From NCBI GenBank assembly GCA_963662265.2, contig CAXXHA010000016.1, forward strand, positions 21,516 through 85,515: a DNA stretch of 64,000 nucleotides, given 5' to 3'. Position 1 is the stretch's first letter. The number at the start of each line of letters is the position of its first letter. The stretch comes from Spirochaetia bacterium (GTDB lineage Bacteria; Spirochaetota; Spirochaetia; CADAEX01). Of this stretch, positions 30,396 to 42,200 are shown in pieces. Position numbers and translations under genes: made by a program. The notes beneath the pieces are model-generated. The model ran no database searches, was not told where the DNA came from, and was given only the letters and a program-made list of their open reading frames with translations.

Positions 30396-32752
30396 TTATT
30401 TCCCCTTTGTGTTTGTAAACTGGTAAACAGGTGATTTTCCAAGCAGGTTTCCTGATAGATAAGTTTCAAAATACCAGTAGTATTTATATGTACTGGCTGC
30501 AGGCTGGGAAGAAATATTTATTGTGTATGCAGGCGATGTTAATTTAGAAGCGATCAGGGCATAACTGCTGGCTGATGATGTTTTACAGTAAAGGGAATAC
30601 TGGACGTTGAAGGGGGACCCCGGCCATGATCCTGTCAAGGTTGTTGCGTTTGTGAAACTCTGCCCGTTATCTGGATATATACCTATTATATTAACGGGGA
30701 TATGAATATGATTTTACAGGTGACCAGTTGCCTGCAGCATCTCTTTCAGTAACATAGAATGTGTAGGAACCGTCTGGCAGGTATCCTGCGTTGTATGCAG
30801 TTGATGTTGTCTGAACATCCGGAGTTGAATCATTCATTTCTCTTTTGTATGTCCCGTTTCCGCCGCCTCCTGATGACCATGTGAAATACGGATTTGTAGT
30901 GCTGTATGGTGAAGATGTATTACAGGATATATCAGGCTGGCCTGGCGGAACAGTGTCAACAACGATTGAGTCACTCACAGGATTGGATTCATTCCCTGCC
31001 GCGTCTTTTGCCCAGACTTTTATTGTTTTGGTTCCATCGCTTGAAAAACTGAAATTCCTTGATACTGAACTTCCTGCATATGCAGTCCATGCTATGTATC
31101 CGTTGTCTGTATCCTGAAATCTCAACTGTGTGTAGCTTCCGGAAATATTGACAGTCAGACTTACTGTTCTTGATGTTGAGTATGTTGCTCCTGAATTAAT
31201 GGAGCAGTAGGTGAATCCAGGTGCTGATGTATCAAGTGTTATTGTATCTGATACCTGTATATCGTTTCCAATAGAGTCTTTGTACTGTGCGTAAACTTTC
31301 TTAGTCCCGTCACCTGAAGTAAGTGCCCATGTCGCTGGTCTTGTTGCAGAGTAATTCTCCCATGTGCTCCATGTCCCGGGGCTTCCGCTTACATCATTGC
31401 TGAACCTCATTTGCGAAACAGAACTTACACTTGAATTGAGTGTTACTGCCCTGTTTGTTGTGTATGTGTTTCCTCCGTTTATTCTGAAGTATGAGACAGA
31501 TGGCGGGGTTGTATCTATTGTAACAGAATAGTTCCCGCTGTCAGACCAATTAAGCCCGTCATATGACTGAACATAGAGTGTATGTGTGTTGTCAGATAAT
31601 GCGGAAGAGGGTGTGAAGCTGGTTACATTACCTATTTCTGTCCAGCTTGAATTATTATAGCTTCTTCTGTATTTAACTGCATCCGGAACAGCATTCCATC
31701 TCCATGTCGGTGTTGAATCGGTAGTTGTGGTGGGATACCCTGTAATATAGACAGTCGGTGCAGTTGCAGTTGGATCAATTTCTGTTTCCCAGCTTCCGCT
31801 GCCAGACCAGTTGAGCCCGTCATATGCCTGAACATATAGAGTGTAATTCCCGTCAGAAAGATTCGATGCAGGGGGTATAGCTTGTTGTGTTTCCCATAAC
31901 TGTCCAGTCAGTGCTATTGAAACTCCTTCTGTAGCTTACTGCAGAGTCAACCGCTGCCCAGCTCCAGGTAGGTGTTTTATCATTTGTTTTTATCGATCCT
32001 GAAACTGATGGGGCAGACGGCGGTTTTCTGTCTATATATACATTGACACTCTTTTCTTCAGAATTATCATTATCATTATTAAAGAAAATGACTGAAAATG
32101 TATAATTCTCCTCCTCTCCTGTATTTACTGAATGGGTATATTCAACTGGTGATTCGAAATTCCTGCCCAGTACCCCTATTGTGGTTTTTGCGATACTGTC
32201 GCTTTCAACATATACAGTCATTTTTGTGACATAAATATTTTTTCGGGTGAAATTCAGTGTAACATAACTTTCATTAGTCTCAGAGACAGCTGAAATTGTT
32301 CCGTCAGGAACAGAAGTTGATATCCCTGTCCTGAAAGTCCAGCTGTATTCGTCTATAAGAGGATTCCCTTCAGAGCTTTTTATCCCTTTTTTGATAATTA
32401 CTGTATAACTTTTTTCAGTTTCCAGCAGACTTCCGGGAGAGAATGTCAGGGTCCTTGTATGCGGATTATATGATAGCGATCCAGTGACTGTTCCCGACTC
32501 TCCTGTAACAGTTATATTTGCTGATGTAACAGTTGATTCATCTATTTCTGTATCAAATCTGACTTCGATTTTTGTATCTGTAAAAGCATCATCTTCACCC
32601 GGCAGCGGGTAGGAGGATAATATATTAATAGCTTTTGAAACTGTAATATCTTCTTCGATTTTTTCAATTAGATTGTTAGGGCAGCTTGATATCAGCAATA
32701 CAAAAAATATAATACCTGCCGGATTTATAAATCCTGTTATTCTTCGTCCCAT
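30396..32752 (-). CDS. Large surface lipoprotein with SbsA-like Ig domain and Ser/Thr-rich beta-sandwich repeats; two +1 frameshifts
   Basis: Lipobox LLISSC; removing one C at the runs near 31873 and 30697 joins ORFs 31853..32752, 30691..31410 and 30396..30638; repeats TPTWxW...YTLYVQAYDGLNWS and DAAGN. Confidence 0.75.
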
Positions 32753-33168
32753 AATGTTTTCTCCTTATTATTTACATCAGAAGCCCTTCCTATTGAATCG
32801 CTTTTGGAAACAAGGTAGGAGTATTCCCCTGCAATGGAGGGGTTTATATTTTCCACCCTGCTGAAGGCTGTCTGTACAGCATCATATTTTTCAAGTTCAT
32901 AACTTGCTTTAGCTATTCCCAGCAGAGAACTCAGATTGTCCGGTTTTCTTGAATTTGCCCTTTTAAAGTAATCAAGGGCTTCCCCGTAGTTTTCATTGAG
33001 ATAGAAGATATTTCCCATATTTACCAGAGCAGGGATATATTCAGTTTTTCCTGTAATTTTGCGGAATTCTGCTTCAGCCTTATCGTAGTACCCGTATCTT
33101 GCGTACAAAACGCCCAGTTTATTTATTTTTGACGGCGCATTTCCGCTCTTCTTTATTTCTTTCTGCAT
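32737..33168 (-). pseudogene. C-terminal TPR fragment of a larger protein (5' part missing)
   Basis: NKLGVLYARYG, ALVNMGNIFY TPR motifs; no RBS or promoter space, abuts a divergent truncated gene. Confidence 0.6.
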
Positions 33169-33678
33169 TTTGTTTCGATTACAATGCTTTTTTTTGCCGG
33201 ATTCAGGGCTGTGTTTTTTACTTTTAAAGCAGATAATGCTCTCTCCTCATCGAAAATAGCAGTTAAAATAGCCATAATAAGCATGCTGATTTATCCTGTT
33301 GTTTTTATAGGGAATATGCGCGGATGGAAATTTCCCTTTTTACAGGGCGGCATCAGTTTCTGGGTACAGGCCCATCCTGTTTATGTTATTTTTGTGAATA
33401 TTCCGGTTTTAATAATCCTGATAAGGGATAAACAGATCCCTGCCAGGTTGACCGGCCTGCCGGAAGGGGATGAAGCAGTTGAGAATCTAAGTTTTGATCT
33501 TACTGCCAGAGAAAAGGAAATCTTTCTCCTCCTTTATCAGGGGAAAAGATATTCAGAAATTGCTGAGATGCTTTTTATTTCTCTTCCAACTGTTAAAACT
33601 CATGTAAATCATATCTATAAAAAGCTTGATGTAACAAGACGTGAAGAACTGTACAGAAAGCTCCAGTCAGGTTCCTAG
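33169..33678 (+). pseudogene. C-terminal part of a membrane-anchored LuxR regulator (5' part missing)
   Basis: Begins within TM helices (FVSITMLFFAG); HTH LTAREKEIF...ISLPTVKTHVNHIYKKL. Confidence 0.65.
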
Positions 33679-33912
33679 ACTTTTTCAAGAATCTATTTGC
33701 CGGTAAAAATGTTCTGTTTTTTTTATATTTACAATAAATTCGGATAAATATGAATGAAAATGAGCATTTGTAAACTTTGAAGCAATATAAACTTGACAAT
33801 AATGAATCAGATGGTATTATAGGTACATAAATGAACTCAAAAGAACAGAAAAGAACGTTTGCTGGTGTGAAGCATGAAATGTCTTTCTCTGAATTTACAG
33901 GGAGGTTTTTTG

Positions 33913-35508
33913 GTGGAAAAATATGATGTTGTAATAGCAGGAGGAGGAATTGCAGGCTGTGCAATTGCAAGGGAGCTTTCAAAGTATTCCAATCTTTCTG
34001 TGACTCTGCTTGAAAGGGAGGATGATGTTTGTTCAGGCACAAGCAAGGCTAATAATTCCCATATTGTATGCGGTGCAGACCTTGATCCTGAATGCCCTGT
34101 CGAGCTTGATATGATAAGACGGAGCAACAGGATGTGGGAGAGTCTTACCCGTGATCTTGATGTTGAGTATGTGAGGTGCGGCTCATACAATGTTGCTGTC
34201 ACAGATGATGAATATGAAAACATGCTGCCTCTGCTGGTTAAGAAAGCTGAAAGCTGCGGTGTATATTCTACCCGAATTATTTCAAGGGAGGAGCTTCTTG
34301 AAAAGGAGCCCCATGTTAATCCTGAAGCAAGTGGCGCGCTGTTTGTTCCTGAAGACGGATCGCTTCTTTCATATTATCTTGTTCTTGCTCTTGCTGAAAA
34401 TGCTGCCATGAACGGGGTGAAATTCCGCTTTGAAAGCGAGGTTACAGGTCTTGAATTTGATGATAATAACTGTAAATGGGATGTCTGTATCAACAAATCG
34501 GAAAATATTAAAGCAGATTTTGTGATAAATGCTGCAGGTCTTTACTCTGATAAGGTCTCAAAAATGGCCGGATGGGATGATTTTGAAATAACACCCCGAA
34601 AAGGGGAATTCTGGGTTCTGGACAGGAAATATTCGGATATGGTCAATTCAATTGTCTATGGTGTACCTAAACCAGACTATAGGGGGACGACTGTTGTAAG
34701 AACAAGAGACGGGAACCTGATGGTCGGCCCTACTGCTAGAAACCTCCGGGACAGGGAGGAGAAGGGGACAACTTCTTCAGGCCTTGAAGAGGGTTTCCAT
34801 GCAGGCAAGGAAGTCTTTCCATGGCTTGATAAATCAATGACAATCCACCAGTATGCTGGCCTCCGTGCCATGTGCAAAACAAACAGGGATTATATTATTG
34901 GATGGCATCCTGACGGGAAAACTCCTTTTATAAATGCCGCAGCTATCAGGTCCACAGGTATAAGCGGGGGACCGGGAATAAGCGAATATGTAGCACAACT
35001 CCTTTCTGAAAGAATAATGCTTGAGAAAAATCCCTCCTTTAATCCTGTAAGAAAAGGTATCAGGAGATTTGAAACAGCATCCAATAAAGAGCGGGAAGAG
35101 CTTATTGCCGGGAACCCTGATTACGGTGAAGTAGTATGCAGATGCCAGACTGTAACTAAAGCTGAGATTATCCAGGCAATACACAATCCTCTCGGAGTTG
35201 TTTCTCTTGACGCAATAAAGAGAAGGACAAAAAGCCAGATGGGAAGATGCCATGGAGGATTCTGCACTCCCAGAATTGTAAATATAATTGCGGATGAAAC
35301 AGGTCTGGATCCCCTCCTGATACGGAAAAAATCATCAGGATCTGAAATCCTGGTATCCGAAACAAAAAAAAGCAGTAAGGGTTCTAAACTCTCCCCTGAT
35401 GCTGTAAAGGTTGCAGGTGCTGAACCAACTGCCCACATACCGGTTTCAGGTTCCTGTAGTACTGGTGAGTTGTCAGGAAAAAGCATTGAAAGAAGGGAAG
35501 GCAGATAA
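33913..35508 (+). CDS. FAD-dependent oxidoreductase, glycerol-3-phosphate dehydrogenase-like, with BFD-like 2Fe-2S domain
   Basis: AGGGIAG, GTSKAN, PRKGEF, GPTA, YAGLR, VCRCQTV...GRCHGGFC; GTG start after GGAGG. Confidence 0.85.
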   Translation: MEKYDVVIAGGGIAGCAIARELSKYSNLSVTLLEREDDVCSGTSKANNSHIVCGADLDPECPVELDMIRRSNRMWESLTRDLDVEYVRCGSYNVAVTDDEYENMLPLLVKKAESCGVYSTRIISREELLEKEPHVNPEASGALFVPEDGSLLSYYLVLALAENAAMNGVKFRFESEVTGLEFDDNNCKWDVCINKSENIKADFVINAAGLYSDKVSKMAGWDDFEITPRKGEFWVLDRKYSDMVNSIVYGVPKPDYRGTTVVRTRDGNLMVGPTARNLRDREEKGTTSSGLEEGFHAGKEVFPWLDKSMTIHQYAGLRAMCKTNRDYIIGWHPDGKTPFINAAAIRSTGISGGPGISEYVAQLLSERIMLEKNPSFNPVRKGIRRFETASNKEREELIAGNPDYGEVVCRCQTVTKAEIIQAIHNPLGVVSLDAIKRRTKSQMGRCHGGFCTPRIVNIIADETGLDPLLIRKKSSGSEILVSETKKSSKGSKLSPDAVKVAGAEPTAHIPVSGSCSTGELSGKSIERREGR

Positions 35509-36804
35509 ATGAACAGAAGAGATTTTGATGTAATAATAATTGGTGCAGGTCCTGCAGGCCTTGCAGCTGCGCTTGGGGCCAGGAAAGAGGGGGCAGGGAG
35601 AGTCGCTGTAATTGAGAGAGACAGGTATTCCGGCGGTATTCTTCAGCAGTGCATCCACAACGGTTTCGGCCTTCATCTATTCAATATAGACCTTACAGGC
35701 CCTGAGTATGCTGAAAGATTCATCGGACAGGTAAAGGATGCAGGCGTAGAAATTATTCTCGGGACAATGGTTTTGGAGCTTAATCCGTCAGCAGAAGCTT
35801 CCTCGCATTCTGTTCTGTGCGTCAGCAGGGAGGCGGGACTCAGTGTTTTTTCTGCACCTTCCATAGTTCTTGCAATGGGATGCAGAGAGAGAACAAGGGG
35901 AAATATTGTTCTTCCCGGGACAAGACCGGCCGGTATCTTTACAGCTGGAACAGCCCAGAGGTTTACAAATATTGAAGGCTATCTTCCCGGTAATAAAATA
36001 GTAATACTGGGTTCAGGAGATATTGGAATGATAATGGCACGGCGTCTGACTTTCGAAGGGGCTCAAGTCGAGGCTGTTGTAGAGGTGATGCCTTTTTTGG
36101 GAGGTCTCAACAGGAACAGGGTACAGTGTCTTGATGACTTTGACATACCTTTTTATCTGAACCATACAGTAAGCTATATAAAAGGAAACAAAAGGGTTGA
36201 GGGAGTTGAAATTGCGGAAATTGATGAGGAGAGAAATATTATTGAAGGTACAAGGCAGTTTATAGAATGCGATACTCTTCTTCTTTCTGTAGGACTTATT
36301 CCTGAAAATGAACTGACAGAAAAGGGCGGTATCCCGATAGACAGCCTTACCCGGGGAGCTTTTGTTGATCAGAATTTTGAAACAGAAATCGACGGAATAT
36401 TTGCCTGCGGAAATGTTGTCCATGTGTCTGATCTTGTTGATTATGTTTCAGAAGATGGTGAAAAAGCGGGTAAATATGCTGCTTACCATGCTTCCGGTAA
36501 AAGAAAGCAGATGCGTGATATGAATATCCGGCTGGAGAAGGGGAGGAATGTCAGCTACACAGTTCCCCAGATCTTAAGTCAATCTGATACCGAATTTGAG
36601 GATTTTCCTGTCTCCTTCAGGGTTAAAGAACCGCTGACTGATGTCAGAGTTGTCCTTAAAGCTGATGATGAAGTACTTATTGAATCCGCAATCAGGAAGA
36701 TAATAAGGCCGGGTGAAATGGAAAGGCTTGAGATTGATAAAGATATCTATGAAAAGATAATTTCAGGCGGCAAAAAAACACTTACAGTGGAGGTCCAGAG
36801 ATGA
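35509..36804 (+). CDS. Pyridine nucleotide-disulphide oxidoreductase (partner subunit)
   Basis: GAGPAGL, GGILQQCIHNGFG, LTGPEYA, MGCRERT, GSGDIG, FACGNV. Confidence 0.9.
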   Translation: MNRRDFDVIIIGAGPAGLAAALGARKEGAGRVAVIERDRYSGGILQQCIHNGFGLHLFNIDLTGPEYAERFIGQVKDAGVEIILGTMVLELNPSAEASSHSVLCVSREAGLSVFSAPSIVLAMGCRERTRGNIVLPGTRPAGIFTAGTAQRFTNIEGYLPGNKIVILGSGDIGMIMARRLTFEGAQVEAVVEVMPFLGGLNRNRVQCLDDFDIPFYLNHTVSYIKGNKRVEGVEIAEIDEERNIIEGTRQFIECDTLLLSVGLIPENELTEKGGIPIDSLTRGAFVDQNFETEIDGIFACGNVVHVSDLVDYVSEDGEKAGKYAAYHASGKRKQMRDMNIRLEKGRNVSYTVPQILSQSDTEFEDFPVSFRVKEPLTDVRVVLKADDEVLIESAIRKIIRPGEMERLEIDKDIYEKIISGGKKTLTVEVQR

Positions 36805-37158
36805 AAAAGAAACTGACATGCATAACCTGCCCTTCTCGGATGTGAGATAGTGGCAGATGAGAAGGGTGGAGAGTTTTTTTTCTCAGGCGCCGGTTGCAAA
36901 GCGGGTGAGAAGTACGCTGTAAAAGAGTTGACCTGTCCTGAAAGGGTAATCTGCACAAGCGTTAAAATAATAAGCAGAGAACTTCCGCTTGTTTCTGTAA
37001 GAACATCTTCTTCTGTTCCGAAGGGGGAAATCTATGATATTCTTGCAAAATTAACGGATGTTACTGTTTCAGCGCCTGTCAGACAGGGAGATGTTATTGT
37101 AAAAAGTATATCTTCCAACGGTGCGGATATTATTGCGACAAAAACAATCCTTATTTAG
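36801..37158 (+). CDS. DUF1667 small Cys-rich protein, +1 frameshift near 36833
   Basis: ATG at 36801 gives MKKKLTCITCP; removing one base gives CPLGCE, continuing into GAGCKAGEKYA...VSVRT. Confidence 0.8.
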
Positions 37159-37315
37159 AATTGTTTTTCTCTTTATTTTAAGATATTTCTGCTGATAAAG
37201 ACAATATCCGGAATATAACAGATTATTTATTTCAATAGCTGGTAACGGATATTGAGTAAAAATTTAATTTGTGGTTATTTATTAACATTTATTATATAGT
37301 AAATAACAGGGAGAA

Positions 37316-37759
37316 TTGAAAATGAAAAAAATATTATTGATATTTGCTTCAATTATTCTTTTTTCATGTGCTTCCACACCGGAAACACCAGTAGAAGAGG
37401 AGCCTGTAAAAGAGGAAGTTCAGGAAAAGGTTTCTATAACTGAAGTAAGAAACAAGGCATACAGCGCAATGGAAAAAGCACTTGGTATAAAAGCAAATGT
37501 AGCTGTAAAAGAAGATTATGCTGATGCGGAAAAGATGTTTAATGAAGCTGAATCGCTTGATGCATCTGATCCCGAATCTGCAGCAAAAGCCGCTTTAATT
37601 TATATGGATGCGGAAACAGCTTTCAATTCTGTATATGATAAAGCTTTTGAAAAGAGGGAAAATGCTCTGAAAGAGCTTGAAATGGCTAAGGAAGAAATAA
37701 AGGCTGTTGAAGAGGAAGCTGAAAAGACTGAATCCGGTCCGGAAGGGGGTGCTGAATGA
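37316..37759 (+). CDS. Lipoprotein, helical
   Basis: Lipobox ILFSCAS; paired with the LysM gene as in spirochaetes. Confidence 0.75.
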   Translation: MKMKKILLIFASIILFSCASTPETPVEEEPVKEEVQEKVSITEVRNKAYSAMEKALGIKANVAVKEDYADAEKMFNEAESLDASDPESAAKAALIYMDAETAFNSVYDKAFEKRENALKELEMAKEEIKAVEEEAEKTESGPEGGAE

Positions 37760-38427
37760 AAAAGCCGCTCTTATTAGTTGCAGTACTTGTCCTGCTTACA
37801 TCAGGCGCTGTTTTTGCACAAGCATCGCTTTATAATAATGAATATTATCAGAAATCTGTAGAGTACAGGACAATGGCAGAGGATTCGCTTGAAGCAGGTG
37901 AATATGACAAGTCATATGAATATGCAGTTAAATCAAGGGAATTTGCAGCACTTTCAAAGGCTTATATAGCTGAAATGGTAAAAGCATATAAGGCACGGTC
38001 CTCACTAGAATATGCAAAGGAGAGGATTGAGCTTGCGAGAAGGGTGAATCTTGAAAACAGGGACGCTGATCTCTATAACAGCGCTTTTTCATTTTTTCAG
38101 GATTCCAAAGCTGATTTTGATGAAAAAAAATATGAAGAAAGCCTTGAAAAATCACAGCAGGTTATTGAACTTCTCAAGGATGTGAAAGGGGGACAGGTGC
38201 TTCCTGCTTTCTATGAAGTACAGCTCAATAAAGCAAGAAGAGACTGCCTCTGGAGAATTGCCGGTTTTGATTTTGTCTACGGTGATCCGTACAAATGGAC
38301 CAAGCTTTATGAAGCAAATAAAAATGTCCTTTCCGAGCCTGATAATCCGGATCTTATTTTGCCGGGCCAGCTTCTTAGAATCCCTCCAATAAAAGGGGAA
38401 ATCAGGGAAGGAACCTACAGGAAATAG
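37756..38427 (+). CDS. Exported LysM peptidoglycan-binding protein (spirochaete type)
   Basis: Signal peptide; DCLWRIAG..VYGDPYKW..LYEANK..NPDLILPGQLLRIP. Confidence 0.88.
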   Translation: MKKPLLLVAVLVLLTSGAVFAQASLYNNEYYQKSVEYRTMAEDSLEAGEYDKSYEYAVKSREFAALSKAYIAEMVKAYKARSSLEYAKERIELARRVNLENRDADLYNSAFSFFQDSKADFDEKKYEESLEKSQQVIELLKDVKGGQVLPAFYEVQLNKARRDCLWRIAGFDFVYGDPYKWTKLYEANKNVLSEPDNPDLILPGQLLRIPPIKGEIREGTYRK

Positions 38428-38459
38428 TTTTATACAAATATTATCCGCAAGGAAGGTTT

Positions 38460-38488
38460 TCTACCCCGTTTACCGGGGTAGACTTTTT
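38460..38488 (+). terminator. Rho-independent terminator
   Basis: TCTACCCCG/CGGGGTAGA followed by CTTTTT; second stem AAACATCTGAAA/TTTCAGATGTTT at 38571. Confidence 0.65.
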
Positions 38489-38608
38489 ATCTTCTTATGT
38501 AAGCGGATGCCTGCCGTTGATATTCAGCTCATCTACTTCGTTTTGCAGGTATCTGGCGGTTTGTTGATAGAAACATCTGAAATTTTTCAGATGTTTTTTT
38601 TTGATTAC

Positions 38609-38651
38609 TTGACAGGAAATGATTTTGGTAATAATATATGCGCACACATAT
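38609..38651 (+). promoter_or_regulatory. Sigma70 promoter and candidate MarR operator
   Basis: TTGACA-N17-TAATAT followed by ATATGCGCACACAT (TGCGCA core). Confidence 0.6.
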
Positions 38652-38699
38652 AAAATTAGATAGCGCTAAGTAAGTGAGATCTTGCTAAAGAGGGGTTTT

Positions 38700-39152
38700 A
38701 TGAGTTTTGAGGAAAAACTTTTTAAGTCGTTGAGAACAGTGATAAAAAATATGAGAAAAATCCTTGATAAAGAAATTTCACAGTACGGTATATCTCATGC
38801 GGAAATGAGATTGCTGATGATTCTTTATTCATCCGAAAACTGTACACAGGAAGATCTCTGTTCAAAGATAGAAGTTGACAGGAGCAATATAGGAAGATCG
38901 CTTAATAAGCTGTTCAGGCTGGGATATGTAAATAAGATGAGAGATCCTGACGACAGGCGGATGAACCGGATCTTTTTGACTGATAAAGGGCTGCGTCTTA
39001 AGGATGAACTTGTAAGCATAAAGGCGAATCTTGAAAAAACAATTGCGAATGAGATAACAGAAGAAGAAAGGGGAGTACTCATTCATCTGCTGGATAAGAT
39101 TAACAGAGGAATAACAGAAGAAAATTATTACAAGATAAAAACAGGTATTTAA
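38700..39152 (+). CDS. MarR-family transcriptional regulator
   Basis: TQEDL...DRSNIGRSLNKL...GYV...DPDDRR...LTDKG. Confidence 0.92.
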   Translation: MSFEEKLFKSLRTVIKNMRKILDKEISQYGISHAEMRLLMILYSSENCTQEDLCSKIEVDRSNIGRSLNKLFRLGYVNKMRDPDDRRMNRIFLTDKGLRLKDELVSIKANLEKTIANEITEEERGVLIHLLDKINRGITEENYYKIKTGI

Positions 39153-39167
39153 AAAAATATATATTAA

Positions 39168-39179
39168 GCGTGCGCACGC
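39168..39179. promoter_or_regulatory. Second candidate MarR operator
   Basis: Perfect palindrome GCGTGCGCACGC just before the RBS of the activase gene; same TGCGCA core as at 38639. Confidence 0.55.
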
Positions 39180-39200
39180 AACAAAGTAAGGAGCAGATAA

Positions 39201-42200
39201 ATGTACAGTATAGGCATTGATATTGGATATACAGCAGTTAAAATTTCTATCCTTGATTCGGAATATAAACTGATATATTCGGTTTACAGAAGACATAAAG
39301 GGAATATCATAAAAACCGTACAGGACCTGGTTTCTGAAATATCAGAAACAGTTGATTTTGATTTTATATCTTACGGAGCATTTACAGGGCGGGGAGCCAT
39401 GTTTCTGGAAGCAGAAAACAGCAGTTTTTCTGAAATAAACATGATTGCGGCTCTTATTGAAGGAGTTAAATGGGAAAGAACAGATGCAGAATCAATTATC
39501 GAGATCGGAGGGCAGAGTTCAAGATATATAACAGGGATATCAGGAAGAGAATCAAATATTTCGGTTGAAAGCAATTCTGACTGTGCGGCGGGAACCGGGT
39601 CGTTTCTAGAGGAGCAAATTTCCAGATTAAATTATGATATTGAAGATTACTCATCATTAATAAAAAAACGCAAAAAATATTCCCAGAATTGCAGGAAGGT
39701 GCAGTGTTTTTGCAAAAACAGATATAACTCATAAACTTCAGGAGGGCATACCCTGCAATGATCTCCTTCTCGGACTCGCATTTTCAGTTGTACGGAATTT
39801 CTGCAACCTGGTCATGAAGAAGGCTGATATTGAAAAGCCGGTATTTCTGGCAGGCGGCGTTTCCTGTAATAACGGAATAGTTCGTGCTCTGAAAGACATA
39901 CTTAAACTTGATGATAATGAGCTTGTTGTTCCTGAAAATAAAGGGCTTCATGGCTCAATAGGAGCAGCAGTTATTGCATGCAGAGAAAAGAAAAAATGCA
40001 ATACAGAAAAATTAAACAGTATTTTAACGGGAAATCTTAACAGCATTTCCCGCAGAATCAGTATGGAAAACAGCGCCCAGAAAAAGATTTTTCCCCCTTT
40101 AAAATCTTATGGTCTTGATGATCTGGAAAGTAAACACTCAATTGACAGCAATATTGCATATCCGGAACAATGTTTTATCGGAATAGATGCAGGTTCTACA
40201 AGTGTTAATATTGCTGTAGTGGATGAAAACAGCAGGATGCTTCTAAGCAGATACTATAAATCATATGGAAAACCTGCCGAGGTTGCTGAGAAAGGGCTTG
40301 ATGAAGTAAAAGCTTTTCTTGCCGGGAAGACAGAAATAGCCGGTTTGGGTGTTACAGGATCAGGCAGATATTATATCGGAAAAAAACTGGATGCTGACTG
40401 TGTAAAAGATGAGATAACTTCACAGGCAACTGCTGCTGTTGCGATAGACAGAGATGTGGAAACAGTAATCGAGATAGGAGGGCAGGATTCAAAATATATA
40501 AGGATCAGGAATGGCCATGTTGTTGATTTTGAGATGAACAGGATCTGCGCGGCTGGAACAGGATCATTTATTGAAGAACAGTCAAAGAAATTTGATATTC
40601 CTGTTTCCAGCTTCGGAGAAACAGCTCTGAAAAGCACTGATCCTGCAAATCTGGGCGATCGCTGTACCGTATTTATCGAGTCAGCTATTGCTGAGAGTCT
40701 ATCATCAGGAACAGCCACGGAAGACATAGCAGCCGGGCTCTGTTATTCAATTTGCAAAAACTATCTTAATAAGGTTGTCGGAGGCAAGGAGATAACAGGG
40801 AAGATTTTTCTTCAGGGAGGGATCGCGTTCAATCAGGGGATTATAAATGCTTTCAGGGCCCTTACTGGTAAAGAGATTACAGTTCCCTGTTATTTCAGTG
40901 TTACAGGAGCATACGGGATTGCTGTAATCACTAAAGAAGAAGCATTAAATTCAAAAGCTGTAAGCAGAGAAGACTGCAAACAGCTGTCAGAACTGAAAAC
41001 AGAAAAAAACAACATGCTGGAAAACAGGAATGAAATTTTCAGCAGCAGAATTAATAATCTTTTTTTCAATGATTATAAAAAAACAGGTTGCTGCGATCAT
41101 AAAAAAACAGCCGGATGCCCGGTAAAAACAATAGGTATCCCGAGAACTCTTTTTTCATACAGCCAGTTTTCATTCTTCAACACATTTTTCAGGGAATTAG
41201 GTTTTGATGTGCTGCTGTCAGATGAAACATCGGAAACTACTGTTTCCTTGTCACAGGATTTATCCACAGTTGATCTCTGTTTCCCGATGAAAATAGTTAC
41301 AGGCCATATATCAGAGCTGATACAGAAAGGGTCAGATTATATTTTTTCCCCATGTATTTACAGCGTGAATACCCGGCTTGAAGAATCAAGAAAAAACTAT
41401 TCCTGCCCCTTCATGCAGATAGCGCCTTATACAGTAGGGCAGATTATAGAAAATATTACCGAAGGGAAAAGGAAGGTGGAATTATTATCAGCTCTGTTTA
41501 CTGACGGGAAAGAAAAAGAGCAGCAGTTAAAACCATTTTTTGAAATAGGTTTGAAGCTTGGCAAAAGCAGGGATGAAATTACCGGTGCAGTCAAGAGCGG
41601 GAAAAAAGCTGCCTCAAGATTTGAGGCCAGGATGGCAGAGTCTGTTTCCGGAGAAAGAACTTCAGATAAACCTGTGTTTGTAATAATTTCCAAGATCTAC
41701 GGGGTTGCTGACAATGCGCTCAACATGGGAATTCCGGACCGGCTACTCAAGCTGGGATATGATGTAATCCCGTTCTATGAAATGCCTGAGATAAGTATAA
41801 AAAACGATTATCCGAATATCTACTGGCCTTTTGCGCAGAGGATTTTGAGTACTGCTTATGCGGTAAAAGACAGGGAAAACTATTACCCCGTGTTACTGAC
41901 ACATCACGGATGCGGCCCTGACTCTGCAATACTGCATTATTTCAAGGAAATTATCGGTGATAAGCCGTATCTGAATATTGAGATAGATGAACATACTTCT
42001 GATGTCGGAATAGTTACCCGGCTTGAAGCCTTTGTTAACAGCATTTCAAATATAAAGGACTGTGATGATGATACTACTGAGGATTCCGGAGTTGCATATA
42101 TTCCAAATCTTTATCCATACTCACAGCTTTTAAAGGAGCAGCTTGGTTCCTCTTCACAGAATGTGGAAATACTGTCAGCCACAGATGATGAATCAATAGA

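Noticed and set aside
33700-33870. GlpR-like operator (TGTTC/GAACA half-sites) before the glycerol-3-phosphate dehydrogenase-like operon
   Set aside because: Half-sites are too degenerate and no cognate regulator is in the window
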